64,000 bases of DNA from Patescibacteria group bacterium (GCA_028715115.1 JAQUSN010000001.1:67314-131313); one strand, 5' to 3'; numbered from the stretch's first letter, positions 38,944 through 50,098 are shown. A program made the numbers and translations. The notes: a model not told the origin generated them from the letters alone.

Positions 38944-40295
38944 GATTCTATTTTAACATAATCCCCGAAAAAAAGAAGGGCTCCGTAAAAAATAGTCAAA
39001 GGCGCAATCGTTAAAAGATTTCTTTGGTCAATAACGCCAACCAATAAATAATAATTATTTGAATCGGTAAAAACATAAAGAGCTAAATAGAAAATCAAGC
39101 AGCCCAAAACGGAAAAAAATAAAAATGAATTTTCTCTATGCCAAAGAGATCGCCAATTAAAAATAATTAGCAAAATAAATATCAACCACCAAATGTTCCA
39201 ATTTGAAATGACAATAAGCCGATTAAATAAAATGCTTAAAGCGCCGAAGCTATGAATTAATTTGAACGAATTTTCGTTGTTTGCCCAGCTTAAATGATGG
39301 CTAAATTTAAAAATTAACCACGGCAAAACCAGAGCAATAAGTAAACCAGCGCTAATTAAATGTTTTACTCTGAATTTTTTCTTTACTAATGAATAAATCA
39401 AGGAAGAGACTAAAATAATAATCGATAGGGCCAATCCTTCATTTTTGGTCCAAGCCGCACTGGCAGCTAGAATTGCGCCTAAAATAAAATATCCCCTGTT
39501 TTCCTCCCGCCAGCCACGCCAAAAATAAATCGCAGTGGCTAAAACATAAAAAGATAAAATTAAATCTGCATAATCATGCCTGGCATGATAAACCACAAAC
39601 GGCATAGTCGCCAAAAAGAAAGTAAAAATCATGGCGCGAAAACGCGAAGCGGTGCGGCGCAAAGCGCTATAAAGAATAATTAATAATGATAAATAATAAA
39701 TGGGCAAAGTAAGTTTTATGGCCGGCTCAAACCAGCTCCCGACCAAAACAGATTGCCAATCCTGCCACAATGGCAGTTGTAAAGGATAGCCTAATAAATG
39801 GATACCCAAGAAATATGGATGGTCTTGGTTAAGAATAATTTTATTTTGGCTAAAAAATATTTTTGCTTTTAATGACCAGGTGGCCAAAGCGTCATACTGA
39901 ATAATCGGCCGCCACCAGGCTGAGAAAAAAACAAAAATTATTGTTGCGGCGATAATAATAAATAAAATTATTGTTAAAATCTTGGTTAACAACTTAATTT
40001 TTTGTTCATTTGGCTTATGGTTAATGTGAGAATCAACAGCAACTCGGCGTAAAATTATAAAAACAATACTTAAGAATAATAGTGCCAATAAAATATTTAC
40101 CGACAAGGTTAGCAATAGACCCAGCCAAGAAAAAATAAAAATTAACATAGTTATAAAAAACACGCCCAAGGCAAAACTTAAAGCAAAAATTTCGCTTAAG
40201 AAAAATTTTGTTTGGCGAGCGATTAAAGTTATTAAAACCAAACCAAAAATTATCGGCGCTAAAATCCCTAAAATAGTTGAAGCTATTATTATCAT
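38940..40295 (-). CDS. Polytopic membrane glycosyltransferase (GT-C/PMT-like)
   Basis: Multiple TM segments, YDALATW, YPL, YADL and WTKNEG. Confidence 0.7.
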   Translation of the reverse strand: MIIIASTILGILAPIIFGLVLITLIARQTKFFLSEIFALSFALGVFFITMLIFIFSWLGLLLTLSVNILLALLFLSIVFIILRRVAVDSHINHKPNEQKIKLLTKILTIILFIIIAATIIFVFFSAWWRPIIQYDALATWSLKAKIFFSQNKIILNQDHPYFLGIHLLGYPLQLPLWQDWQSVLVGSWFEPAIKLTLPIYYLSLLIILYSALRRTASRFRAMIFTFFLATMPFVVYHARHDYADLILSFYVLATAIYFWRGWREENRGYFILGAILAASAAWTKNEGLALSIIILVSSLIYSLVKKKFRVKHLISAGLLIALVLPWLIFKFSHHLSWANNENSFKLIHSFGALSILFNRLIVISNWNIWWLIFILLIIFNWRSLWHRENSFLFFSVLGCLIFYLALYVFTDSNNYYLLVGVIDQRNLLTIAPLTIFYGALLFFGDYVKIES

Positions 40296-41413
40296 TTTCT
40301 ATAATAGATTAATTGATTAGGCGCGACGACTATTTTTTCAAAGCCATCATAGTTTGCCTCTAGAGCAAAATAAGACAAAACATATTTGGCCAGATTGATA
40401 TCGCCGACAACTTGGTATTGATCTATTAAATCATAAATTAAAACAATGCGGCGATAATCAGTCGATGGCGGCAGGAAAATCTTACTGCCCAAGGGTATTT
40501 TTTCTTTAACCGCCCTCAAATAACTATTTAAGTCCGTACCTGAATTGTCCTGTAAAAAACTGTTGATTAAAATTGCCCTTTTTTGATCGTTTGATTTGGA
40601 AGACAAATTATAATCATCTTTAAATTCTAAAAACCAAGCGCGCAAAAAATAAATTCCGCTACAAAACCAAGCAACTAAAACGACGATTAAAAATATTTTT
40701 TGCCAATGGGCGCGCAAAGCGCTATCGCGACAATTAAAAAGATACAAAACTATCAAAATAATTGCGGTGAAAATTAAAATATAATATGAAAGAGGTGTAG
40801 CGTAAACAAAAATCGGCGGCAGCATATTAATCCAAGATAATCCTTCGGCTGGCAAAGAAAAATATTCCTGCCATAGGGTTTTTAAAACTAAACCAGGCGT
40901 GCCTGAAAGTAAAGAAAAAGAGTCAACTTCAATTTGTGATGGATTAAACTTTAAATATAGGCGGTCGACCATGCCATACCAGGCGTCAAAATTAGATAAA
41001 TTAAAATAATAATCGGTGAATTGATTATTCTTTTTATTAAAAATAAAATTATTTAACGGCTTGGCTCCTCCTTGTGGATTTAAAAAATTTACCGATAATT
41101 GAGAAAAATCCGCGGTGGTTTTTAATCTTAGAGCTAAAAAATGGTATTTATCAGCGGCAAAATTTAATTTTTCCTGCGGAGGTAAATAAAATATTAGTCC
41201 GGCATTCTCTTTGATAATCAAGGGATCGCCTGCAATGTTTTTTTGGCAATTAAGACCACGGTCGTTCACAAGACAACGTGGTTTGTTTTCATTATTTTGC
41301 GCTTCAAAAGCAATAACTGATATTGATTTCAAAATAAAACTTCCGGCCAAGAAAACAATGACCAGGCCTAAAAGAATTATCGTTTTTTTATTTTGCCGAA
41401 GCCACTTGAGCAT
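40292..41413 (-). CDS. Membrane protein, hypothetical
   Basis: Long ORF with TM segments, coupled to neighbouring genes. Confidence 0.65.
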   Translation of the reverse strand: MLKWLRQNKKTIILLGLVIVFLAGSFILKSISVIAFEAQNNENKPRCLVNDRGLNCQKNIAGDPLIIKENAGLIFYLPPQEKLNFAADKYHFLALRLKTTADFSQLSVNFLNPQGGAKPLNNFIFNKKNNQFTDYYFNLSNFDAWYGMVDRLYLKFNPSQIEVDSFSLLSGTPGLVLKTLWQEYFSLPAEGLSWINMLPPIFVYATPLSYYILIFTAIILIVLYLFNCRDSALRAHWQKIFLIVVLVAWFCSGIYFLRAWFLEFKDDYNLSSKSNDQKRAILINSFLQDNSGTDLNSYLRAVKEKIPLGSKIFLPPSTDYRRIVLIYDLIDQYQVVGDINLAKYVLSYFALEANYDGFEKIVVAPNQLIYYRK

Positions 41414-41416
41414 AAA

Positions 41417-42106
41417 TTAACTATACCTATATTTAGCAATGGCCCAAATAGCCCTTAGGCCATCGGTATATTTTATCTTTTTGCCGTCTTTATAAAGGCG
41501 CGGATGATAAGAAATTGGTATTTCTAAAATTTTATGTTTTTTCTTTAAAAAATCAGCTGTTAGTTCTATCTCTAAATCAAACCCGTTTGACTCTAATTCT
41601 AAACTTTGGATCAAATTTCTTTTAAAAACTTTATAACAGGTCCAGGGGTCGTTGATTTTATGCCCATAAAAAAGATAAAAAAGAAAAGACAAAAAACGAT
41701 TGCCTAAATAAAATATTTTATAAATCGGGCGATGTTTGGTTAAAAAACGCGAACCATAAACCACCTCAGCCCTGCCCTCTGAAATGGGCCTAACAAGATC
41801 GGGCAACTCTTGCGGATTATATTCTAAATCAGCATCTTGGATGGCAATAATATCGCCGGTTGCTTCTTTAAATCCTCGACGCAAAGCAAGCCCCTTGCCC
41901 TGATTAACCTCTTGAAAAAATATTTTATAATTATTTTGCTCTTCTTGGGCAACGTTTTTTAAAATTTCTCTGGTTCCATCAGTAGAGGCATCGTCAATAA
42001 TTATTATTTCCGAATCAATATCAAATTTAACAGCTTTAATTCTTTCAAGTAAATCTAAAATCGTTTTTCTCTCGTTATAAACCGGGATAATGATTGATAA
42101 TTTCAT
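41417..42106 (-). CDS. Glycosyltransferase family 2 (DPM1-like)
   Basis: IIIPVYNE, DDASTDGT, QDADLEY and VYGSRF. Confidence 0.93.
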   Translation of the reverse strand: MKLSIIIPVYNERKTILDLLERIKAVKFDIDSEIIIIDDASTDGTREILKNVAQEEQNNYKIFFQEVNQGKGLALRRGFKEATGDIIAIQDADLEYNPQELPDLVRPISEGRAEVVYGSRFLTKHRPIYKIFYLGNRFLSFLFYLFYGHKINDPWTCYKVFKRNLIQSLELESNGFDLEIELTADFLKKKHKILEIPISYHPRLYKDGKKIKYTDGLRAIWAIAKYRYS

Positions 42107-42109
42107 ATT

Positions 42110-42655
42110 TTATTTTTGCGCCACGATAAAATTATTAAAACCAAACTGAAATTGTTGTGCCTTAACAATTTTAAAACCTAATTTTATTAATAAATCTTTA
42201 AGTTCGCTTAAATTAAAATAGCGGAGATGGCTGCCAATTTCTTCTTGGCTCAAAATATTAAACTTAAAGGCTAAAAATTCTAAAAGATTTTTTGATCTGG
42301 GAGCTGGAGTGGTAATAATAATCCGACCACTATCTTTCAAAGGTCGATAACAGTCCTTTAAGATATCTTCCGGGTATTCAACATGCTCTAGAACCGCCAA
42401 AAGAGTAATGACGTCAATAGAGTTAGACGGCAGGTTAATTTCTTTGGCTAAATTACTGTGGCAAATTTCTAAATTGTCTTTTTTGAGATTGTCGATTTTT
42501 TTATCAAATCCGTAACCTTTCGAAATTGAATTCTTAATAGACTTTAAAAGAAAGGCTGATTGGCCGCAACCAATATCACAAACTACTGCACCATTTTTAA
42601 TATATTTTTTAATCTTATTAACCCTTAGTCTTCTTAAGACTTCTTCTAAGAACAT
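42110..42655 (-). CDS. Class I SAM-dependent methyltransferase
   Basis: DIGCG, LAVLEH and ITTP. Confidence 0.88.
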   Translation of the reverse strand: MFLEEVLRRLRVNKIKKYIKNGAVVCDIGCGQSAFLLKSIKNSISKGYGFDKKIDNLKKDNLEICHSNLAKEINLPSNSIDVITLLAVLEHVEYPEDILKDCYRPLKDSGRIIITTPAPRSKNLLEFLAFKFNILSQEEIGSHLRYFNLSELKDLLIKLGFKIVKAQQFQFGFNNFIVAQK

Positions 42656-43419
42656 AAAAGATAAATAAAGCGTATTACTTTAAGTAAATTTGACCTTATG
42701 GCTCCGTAATGTTTTTGCCAATAATAGTTTTGCGACTGGTAATAAAGGGTTTTGCGTTTTTTATCGCTAGTCAGGCTTTGGCCACCCAGGTGAATTATTT
42801 TTGTAGTAATCAAAACAATAATTTTATAGCCCAAATTTTTAACTCGGCGGCACAAATCGCGATCCTCAAAGTACATGAAAAAATTCTCATCAAAACCGTT
42901 GATTTGTTCAAAAATTTTTCGGCGGATTGCCAGGGCCGCGCCACTAACCCAATCAGTGAATAAATAATTATTTTTCTTGATTAATTGCGTTTGATTGCCT
43001 CGATATATTTTATCGATCATTTTGTCTCGGCCAAACGAATAGGGCTGAAGTTGACCGTTGTCCAAAATCAATTGCGGCGATATAACTCCTACCTCTTTGT
43101 TATTTTTAAAGCATTCGCTGATTTTTTCAAATATGTCTTCAATAAAAATCGTGTCTGGATTTAAAAAAAACAAAACATCTCCTTTGGCCTGCTTGGCTGC
43201 CATATTATTGGCGGCGGCAAAACCAAGATTTTGTTTTAATAATATTAAATTAATAAAAGGATACTTTTCTTGATAACCAAAAAGGGCGGATTCTTGAGAA
43301 TTGTTGTCAACAATAATAACCTCTGTTTCAATCCGGCTAATGAATTTGATCAACGAATTAAGGCATTGATCCAAAAATTTCCAGCTATTATAATTGACGA
43401 TGATAATAGATAATTTCAT
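42646..43419 (-). CDS. Glycosyltransferase family 2 (rhamnosyltransferase-like)
   Basis: SIIIVNYN, LGFAAANN, LNPD and GFDENFFMYFED. Confidence 0.92.
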   Translation of the reverse strand: MKLSIIIVNYNSWKFLDQCLNSLIKFISRIETEVIIVDNNSQESALFGYQEKYPFINLILLKQNLGFAAANNMAAKQAKGDVLFFLNPDTIFIEDIFEKISECFKNNKEVGVISPQLILDNGQLQPYSFGRDKMIDKIYRGNQTQLIKKNNYLFTDWVSGAALAIRRKIFEQINGFDENFFMYFEDRDLCRRVKNLGYKIIVLITTKIIHLGGQSLTSDKKRKTLYYQSQNYYWQKHYGAIRSNLLKVIRFIYLLCS

Positions 43420-43473
43420 TGATCGCAAGTTTTATATATTCTAACCAAGAACGATTACCGAGAGAGCGTAAAT

Positions 43474-44832
43474 TCAATGTATAAAATTTTTTCTAATTTT
43501 ATTTTTTATAAAATTTATTGTCTCTTTCGGCCGTCTAAAAAAATATTTTACTAAGAGATAAAAGCGCCTTTTTTTGCGTTCCTTCAAAAATAGATCGTAT
43601 AAACATTTTAATTCTTCTCGGTCTAATTTTTCTGACAAAATTAGATAATTTTTATAATTATTTGAAAAATCAATACTTAATTTATTCCAATCCATATCAT
43701 TAGAAACCAATCGCCTCCCTAAGGCATATTCCCAAATAGGCGTACCTGGCAAAGGCAGAAGAGCATAAACATCAAAAGAATCTAGTTTACTCTTCTTAAT
43801 AAAATTTAAAGTATCCATGATTTCTTCTCTCGTCTCGTCCGGCGAACCTATAATAAACGAAGCACTAACCTGCAAATTATATTTTTTCAAATAATTAATA
43901 GCATCCATATTGTCTTTGACTGTTACCAAATCGCCCTTAAGAAATTTAAATATTCTCTCGTTCCCAGACTCAAGCCCCATAGAGACTATGTCAACCCCCA
44001 TCTCTTTAAGCAATCTGGCAGACTCATTATTAACCAGATTGGCACGCACTGAAACGGTAAATTTTATCTTTTTATAAAATTTCTGTTTTTTTATTAATTC
44101 AACTATCTTTTTTAATCTTTTTTTGTCGGCGATAAAAAGATCATCGCAAAACGTTATTCTGGGAGAATTATAACGATCGACAAGATACCCTATCTCCTTG
44201 ATCACATATTCTGCCGAATTAAACCTGGTCTTATCCCAAAATCTCGAAGAAAAACAAAACCTACACTTATAGGGACATCCCCTTGAAGTAAACATATAAA
44301 CATTGTCTCCCTTTTTGATGTTAAAAAGATTTCTGTCGGGAAAGGGAATTAAGTCTAAATTTTCTATAAGAGGACGACTCTCTGTTTGAACAAGTTTGCC
44401 CTCATCATGGAACACCACCCCTTTAATCATCCTAAGATTTTCCTTAGTAAATTTTTTATCAATAAATAGCTTTATAATCTCGCCAAAGGTTTGCTCTCCT
44501 TCGCCGATAATTCCCACGTCCATATTACTGTCCAGGCTTGAGGGAATGGCGGTAATGTGGCTTTTCCCAATAATTACGGCTATATTTTTATCTTTACAAA
44601 ACCTAGCTATCTGCTTCGCCCTGTTGAAATTTTGCGAAACGCAAGAAAGGCCCACCATATCCGGACCAAAAGAAACAATCTTCTCTTCGACTTGGCTGTT
44701 AACAACCTCAACTTCGATCTCTTTTCTGACATCTTTGGGTAAAAAAGAAATTAGATAACCAAGCCCCAAAGAATCATATTTAGTTTGAATTTTATCCTGA
44801 TTGTCGATGACGTCCACTAAAATAAGTTTCAT
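43474..44832 (-). CDS. B12-binding radical SAM protein
   Basis: TSRGCPYKCRFC, GEGE and GLESG. Confidence 0.92.
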   Translation of the reverse strand: MKLILVDVIDNQDKIQTKYDSLGLGYLISFLPKDVRKEIEVEVVNSQVEEKIVSFGPDMVGLSCVSQNFNRAKQIARFCKDKNIAVIIGKSHITAIPSSLDSNMDVGIIGEGEQTFGEIIKLFIDKKFTKENLRMIKGVVFHDEGKLVQTESRPLIENLDLIPFPDRNLFNIKKGDNVYMFTSRGCPYKCRFCFSSRFWDKTRFNSAEYVIKEIGYLVDRYNSPRITFCDDLFIADKKRLKKIVELIKKQKFYKKIKFTVSVRANLVNNESARLLKEMGVDIVSMGLESGNERIFKFLKGDLVTVKDNMDAINYLKKYNLQVSASFIIGSPDETREEIMDTLNFIKKSKLDSFDVYALLPLPGTPIWEYALGRRLVSNDMDWNKLSIDFSNNYKNYLILSEKLDREELKCLYDLFLKERKKRRFYLLVKYFFRRPKETINFIKNKIRKNFIH

Positions 44833-44840
44833 AAAAATTT

Positions 44841-45509
44841 TTACTTAAAAAAACCGTCCGAACAAGTTTGTTCTACGTTTTTAATACACAAGATCTGAAA
44901 GGCTATTTCCGGCCAATAATATGCCATGAGTTGCGTCAACGAAGCCGCTTTTTTCCAAAAAACAGCTGGCCAAAATTTAATATCTCCCTTTTCTCTCCTT
45001 AAAAACTTTAACCCGCTTATGCCAAAAACTAAATATCCCATATTTCTCATTTCTTTAACACTGTAGCCCGACAGATGAACCTGCCCGGTATTGCCATCAA
45101 ATGTTTCTTGCTTCAAAAATCCATTTGGAGTAAAGATTATAACTCTTTTTTTTGCTATTCTTTCCGCCTCTTTTATCAATTTCAGACCATCGGTCTTATC
45201 TAAATGCTCAATTAAATCTAGCGCCACAACACAATCAAAAGATTTATCCTTGATTTTTCGACAAGCGTCAAAAACATTAGAAATCAAATAGTCTGAGTGA
45301 ATTCTTGAATTTTTACTTCGCTCAATATAAGGGACAAAATTATCAATGCCCAAGCTATATTCTAATTTGTCAGAAAATAATTTAATGGGCGATTGTTCTC
45401 CGCATCCTAAATCCAAAACAGTTTTGCAGGAATCTAAAATCTCTTTTTTTAATTTAAATTGGTATCTGAAATCATTAAAATAATCGCTAATTTTTTTGAA
45501 AGGATTCAT
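44841..45509 (-). CDS. Class I SAM-dependent methyltransferase
   Basis: LDLGCG, DLIEH and FTPNG. Confidence 0.85.
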   Translation of the reverse strand: MNPFKKISDYFNDFRYQFKLKKEILDSCKTVLDLGCGEQSPIKLFSDKLEYSLGIDNFVPYIERSKNSRIHSDYLISNVFDACRKIKDKSFDCVVALDLIEHLDKTDGLKLIKEAERIAKKRVIIFTPNGFLKQETFDGNTGQVHLSGYSVKEMRNMGYLVFGISGLKFLRREKGDIKFWPAVFWKKAASLTQLMAYYWPEIAFQILCIKNVEQTCSDGFFK

Positions 45510-45548
45510 AAATAAATATTTTACTATATTCAAGACCTCTTCATCTAT

Positions 45549-47861
45549 TTACTTTAATCGCTCTAAAAATATTTTTATGGTCTGCGCATCTGGTTTTAAT
45601 TTTAGGGCCTGCTGGGCATAATCACGAGCCATTTGAAGACTTCCTTTTTCATAATACAATAAAGCTACGGCCCACGGCCAATTAAAATCGCCTGGATTTA
45701 AAACCATTCCGTGTAAATTATAACCGATGGCTGAATTTAAATCGTGACGTAAATAATAAATATCGGCGATTTTTTTATAAATATTATATTTTCGCGGATT
45801 TAACTTCAAAATTTCCTGATAAACAATCAAGGCTTGATCATAGTTGCGTTGATCCATATAAATTTCAGCCAGTTGCTCTTTTACTAGACCCTCTTCATTA
45901 GTAATCTCTAATCGCTGGGTTGGCCCAAGTTGCGGCGTAGCTAAATCAGGATAAAGACTAAGGGCCGTATTGCACTTATCTGTTGCCTCATCTAAACGCT
46001 TTTCATAAAACTTTAATCGGCACCAATCATAATATAAAACCGCCATCTTGGGTGAAAGCGAAATTAAGCGGCCAAGATCTTGCTCGGCAACCTGAAAATC
46101 GTCTAACTTTTGACTGTCTTCGGCTTTTAGGGCGCGCAATCTGGCCCGATAAGCCTGAGCTTCGAAGCTGATTTGATTGGCGGGAATGTCATCAATAATT
46201 TGAATAGCTAAACTAAATAGTTTTATTCGCTCATCTTTATTTTTTTCCGGCACCGAATAGGTAAGATCTAATAGATCCCTGGCAAAACTTTCTCGGTAAT
46301 AAGATTCTTCTGGTTGTCGATTTATAGCTTTATAATAATAATCAATGCCTTGGGAAATTTTTTGACTGCGAATAGAGACAATGGCCTGTTTGTAATACCA
46401 ATCAGCCATAATCATTTTGGCGCTGAATTGCCAAATAAAAAATATAGTAATGAGAAATAGGATTATAGAAATAACAATCCTCTTAAAATCTATTTTTATA
46501 TTTTGTAAATAATAATCTTCACTAAAATCTTTATCCAGGTTTATAGTGACAGCATAAATCAGCGCCAAATAAAGCCAAAAATATAAGCCGGTTTGCACGA
46601 CGTGAAAGCCAAACTGTAAAGCCACTAGATAGCCTATCAATCCCAATAAAACAGCGCCGATTAAGGCATAAGCGCGAGGCCCGTCTTTAAGTTTATTTTT
46701 AAGAAACCCAAGAACTTGCCAAAAAAAAGTAATAAGTAAATAAAAATATGCTATTAAACCCAAAAGTCCGGCTATTAATAATGTATCCAAAATATCATTA
46801 TGAGCCCTATCGGGATAACTATTAATAGCCTCATAAATCGCATTATCAGGTTGGTAGTATTTGACGGCATGTAAACCAAAAATTTCTTGACCGTAGCCCA
46901 AGAGAGGCTTTTGGCTAATTTGGTCTATGGCTGCCTGCCAGGCAAGTAAACGAGTGTGGCCGGTAATCGCCCTTTGCAAAAAAACAAAGCTTACTAAACG
47001 GTCTAAAATTGGTGGTTCTAAGGCTTTTTGAGGATGCCAGGGTAAACTAGCGGCCCATGACCATAGCAGTAAAACTGTCGCAATTATTAAAAACCATAAA
47101 ATAGTTTTTCTTTTGTTGCCCCGAGACCATATCCAAAGCAACAAAAAACAAAAAAGCTCTGCCACTAGGCCCATCCAAGCGGCTCGTGATAAGGTTAATA
47201 ACAAAGAAATAAATATACTAACAATCAAAAAACCTATGGGTAAACGCGCCGAAGCGGATTTGAAATAATAAAAACAAAAAAACACTAACGGCAGAACCAG
47301 CAGCAGCCATTGGCCCAAAAAAATTGGTTGGCCTAAAGAAGAAAATATTCTATAACCTATCGTCGCGTTATTAAGACCCCAATCAATAATATCTAATCCT
47401 AAAATCTGCAAAAATCCATACAAACAAACCAGGCCGGCAGAAATTAAAATTACTAATAAAATTCTTTTAATTTGTGTTGATCTCCTTATCTCGGAAATAA
47501 ATACTAGAAAAAACAAAAAATAATGTATCCAGGTGATTAATCCCATCTTTCTGGCATAGCTGCCCAGAAAACTTAATCGCGGCGATTGCGAAAAAATTGT
47601 CGCCAGAGATAAGGCGAACAAAAACAAAAAGGCCGGTAAGATTAATTTTAAAGATAACCTTGACGGGCGCCAACCGAAGATAACCTTTAATAACCAAAAC
47701 AACGTTGCTAGCTCAATTAAAACTTGGATTAAAAAAAGCTGGTTTGTTTCCCAGCAGCGATATGTTAAACACTGGAAAAAGACCGGGCTTAAGCCAATGA
47801 TTAACAACAAACAGACTTCTATAGCAATATTTAAATATTTTATTAATCTCATAGGTGGCAA
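45549..47861 (-). CDS. O-antigen ligase/oligosaccharyltransferase-like protein with TPRs
   Basis: SSLGQP, TLSRAAW, PLLGYG and AHND, plus C-terminal TPR-like repeats. Confidence 0.85.
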   Translation of the reverse strand: MPPMRLIKYLNIAIEVCLLLIIGLSPVFFQCLTYRCWETNQLFLIQVLIELATLFWLLKVIFGWRPSRLSLKLILPAFLFLFALSLATIFSQSPRLSFLGSYARKMGLITWIHYFLFFLVFISEIRRSTQIKRILLVILISAGLVCLYGFLQILGLDIIDWGLNNATIGYRIFSSLGQPIFLGQWLLLVLPLVFFCFYYFKSASARLPIGFLIVSIFISLLLTLSRAAWMGLVAELFCFLLLWIWSRGNKRKTILWFLIIATVLLLWSWAASLPWHPQKALEPPILDRLVSFVFLQRAITGHTRLLAWQAAIDQISQKPLLGYGQEIFGLHAVKYYQPDNAIYEAINSYPDRAHNDILDTLLIAGLLGLIAYFYLLITFFWQVLGFLKNKLKDGPRAYALIGAVLLGLIGYLVALQFGFHVVQTGLYFWLYLALIYAVTINLDKDFSEDYYLQNIKIDFKRIVISIILFLITIFFIWQFSAKMIMADWYYKQAIVSIRSQKISQGIDYYYKAINRQPEESYYRESFARDLLDLTYSVPEKNKDERIKLFSLAIQIIDDIPANQISFEAQAYRARLRALKAEDSQKLDDFQVAEQDLGRLISLSPKMAVLYYDWCRLKFYEKRLDEATDKCNTALSLYPDLATPQLGPTQRLEITNEEGLVKEQLAEIYMDQRNYDQALIVYQEILKLNPRKYNIYKKIADIYYLRHDLNSAIGYNLHGMVLNPGDFNWPWAVALLYYEKGSLQMARDYAQQALKLKPDAQTIKIFLERLK

Positions 47862-47921
47862 TTGGATTGACTAATTTTATCATGAACCGTTAAATAAATC
47901 AATCTTATTTTATAAACATAA

Positions 47922-47956
47922 AAACAAATCTGCCTCTTTCTGGGGCAGACTTGTTT
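47922..47956 (-). terminator. Terminator of major pilin gene
   Basis: AAACAAATCTGCCTC...GGGGCAGACTTGTTT imperfect stem with T-run on the minus strand. Confidence 0.65.
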
Positions 47957-47973
47957 AAACTTTCGCAATTCAA

Positions 47974-48450
47974 TTACAGGCCAGCTGGACTCGCTGTACG
48001 AGTACCAGCGGTTAAACCGCCGGTTGCCGAACCGAGACAATACTTAATAGTGTAACTGGCTCCGCTATTGTCATAACTATAAGTATAAACAGCACCAACG
48101 CCGGTTGAGGGACAGCTGCCATCGTTAACCGGAGTAGGGTTTGACGGAGCAACGGCCATATAAGTAGTGCCCGTGCAAGGCGCGGCAGACCAACCAGAAA
48201 TGCTACTTAGGCATTTGCCTTCAATGGTTCCTGTATTAGTACCACCAGTAATGTTGGGGTAGGCATTATTGTCCAAAAAATACATTTCTAAGGCAGTTTG
48301 GACTTGTCTAACATCCGAAACACGTCGAGCGTCGCGCGCTTTAGCTCGAGCATTGCTTAGGGCGATAACCGCCATCGCGGCTAATAGACCAATAATAGCT
48401 ACAACCACCAATAATTCGATAAGTGTGAAACCTTTTTTGTTGTGTCGCAT
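47974..48450 (-). CDS. Type IV major pilin-like protein
   Basis: KKGFTLIELLVVVAIIGLL and ARAKARDARR. Confidence 0.9.
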   Translation of the reverse strand: MRHNKKGFTLIELLVVVAIIGLLAAMAVIALSNARAKARDARRVSDVRQVQTALEMYFLDNNAYPNITGGTNTGTIEGKCLSSISGWSAAPCTGTTYMAVAPSNPTPVNDGSCPSTGVGAVYTYSYDNSGASYTIKYCLGSATGGLTAGTRTASPAGL

Positions 48451-48623
48451 ATATTTTCTAAATTTCAAATAAAACGACCTTTAGCTAAAGATAAACATAC
48501 TATATCATATCTATTATTTTTGGGTAGTAGTTATCCACAGAATAAGATTTAACGGTCTCGCCTTGCTAAAAAATAAAATTTTTGCTAACATAAAAACAAA
48601 TTTAGAAATATTAAATCTTCTTC

Positions 48624-50090
48624 ATGAAAGATTATCAGGTAAATCTTATCGACGGCATCAGACCGATAGATAAGATACAACTGGGCTACACAAAACCAAC
48701 TAAGCCGGGCGGCCGCAGCAAGGTTGGTCGTTTTTTGTTTCGTATTTCAGTAATAGTAGTAATCATTGTCGTCTTCTTTTATACTAATATTAATTTTTCA
48801 TCTCAAGGGCTAATCGGCGGCGTTGGCCGTTTGTCGTTTTGGGAAGGTATGGCCCGCCTAGCCTTAGGTAAAGATAAAATCTTAAAAGGAGAGCTGGGCG
48901 ATCGTATTAATATTTTAATTTTAGGCATAGGCGGAGCTGATCATGAAGGGGCCAACCTAACTGATACTATTATCTTAATGAGCATTAAGCCCTCAACTAA
49001 CGAAGTGGTTCTATTTTCTATACCGCGCGATCTGTACGTGCCAACCAAAGAATATGGTTGGCAAAAAATAAACGCCATAAATAGCCTGGCTTCGGCAAAA
49101 GCCAAAGACGGATCAGCCGTAACCAGTAAGATTATCGGCAATCTTTTTGGGACTACGGTTAATTATTGGGTTAAAATAGACTTCGCGGCTTTTAAAGATT
49201 TTGTTGACTGGATGGATGGCGTAGAGATTAATGTCGAAAGATCTTTTATAGACACGCAATATCCGGCCGCCAATTACGAATTCAAAGTAGTAAGTTTTAG
49301 AACCGGCCAGCAACATATGGATGGAACCACGGCCCTACAGTATGCCCGCTCCAGACATGGCAATAATGGCGAGGGCAGCGATTTTGCCCGAATGAAACGA
49401 CAACAAAAATTGTTGTTAGCCATGAAAGAAAAAATGCAACAAAAAAACTATATCACTTCGGCTACCAAACTTTGGGAGGCTTATAATATTTTTAATCGGC
49501 GCATCGCCACCAACCTGGATTTTTCTGAAATGATCAGGCTCGGCAAAATGATGACCAGCTTTACCGAAAATAAAATTAAAAATTATACTTTTGAAGAAGA
49601 ACCAACCGGCCCCCTGTATTCAGAAATCATTTCTACCGGCGCCTATGTGTTAAGACCTAAAGACGGTAATTTTAACCTATTGGCCGAACCAATAAAAAAT
49701 GCTTTTAAAAATAACGCCGCTTCTTTGCCGACTCAAGGCCAAACAAACAATGAAAATATTAACGAATCGCCAATAACCAATATCACAAATAATGAAACGA
49801 GTCCTGCCGGCGCCAAACCGCAAATAATTATTTTGAACGGCACGAAAATTACCGGCCTAGCCCAGCAAATAAAAGGGCAATTAGAAAAACTTGACTACCA
49901 AATAATTAGTATAGGCAATGCGAGCACACAAAATTATACCAAAACAATAATTTACACTGTTGGTTCAGAGACCAACAGATTAAACGAATTAAAAAACGTC
50001 TTACGGGCCGATGCCGAATCTCTGCCCAATGCACTTAAATATTTAGTCACGCCGAATATTAATTTTTTGATTATTTTAGGTACTAACTAA
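48624..50090 (+). CDS. LCP family protein with LytR C-terminal domain
   Basis: INILILG, TDTII, SIPRDL, ALQYARSR, DFARMKRQQ and ILNGT. Confidence 0.93.
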   Translation: MKDYQVNLIDGIRPIDKIQLGYTKPTKPGGRSKVGRFLFRISVIVVIIVVFFYTNINFSSQGLIGGVGRLSFWEGMARLALGKDKILKGELGDRINILILGIGGADHEGANLTDTIILMSIKPSTNEVVLFSIPRDLYVPTKEYGWQKINAINSLASAKAKDGSAVTSKIIGNLFGTTVNYWVKIDFAAFKDFVDWMDGVEINVERSFIDTQYPAANYEFKVVSFRTGQQHMDGTTALQYARSRHGNNGEGSDFARMKRQQKLLLAMKEKMQQKNYITSATKLWEAYNIFNRRIATNLDFSEMIRLGKMMTSFTENKIKNYTFEEEPTGPLYSEIISTGAYVLRPKDGNFNLLAEPIKNAFKNNAASLPTQGQTNNENINESPITNITNNETSPAGAKPQIIILNGTKITGLAQQIKGQLEKLDYQIISIGNASTQNYTKTIIYTVGSETNRLNELKNVLRADAESLPNALKYLVTPNINFLIILGTN

Positions 50091-50098
50091 CACATTGT

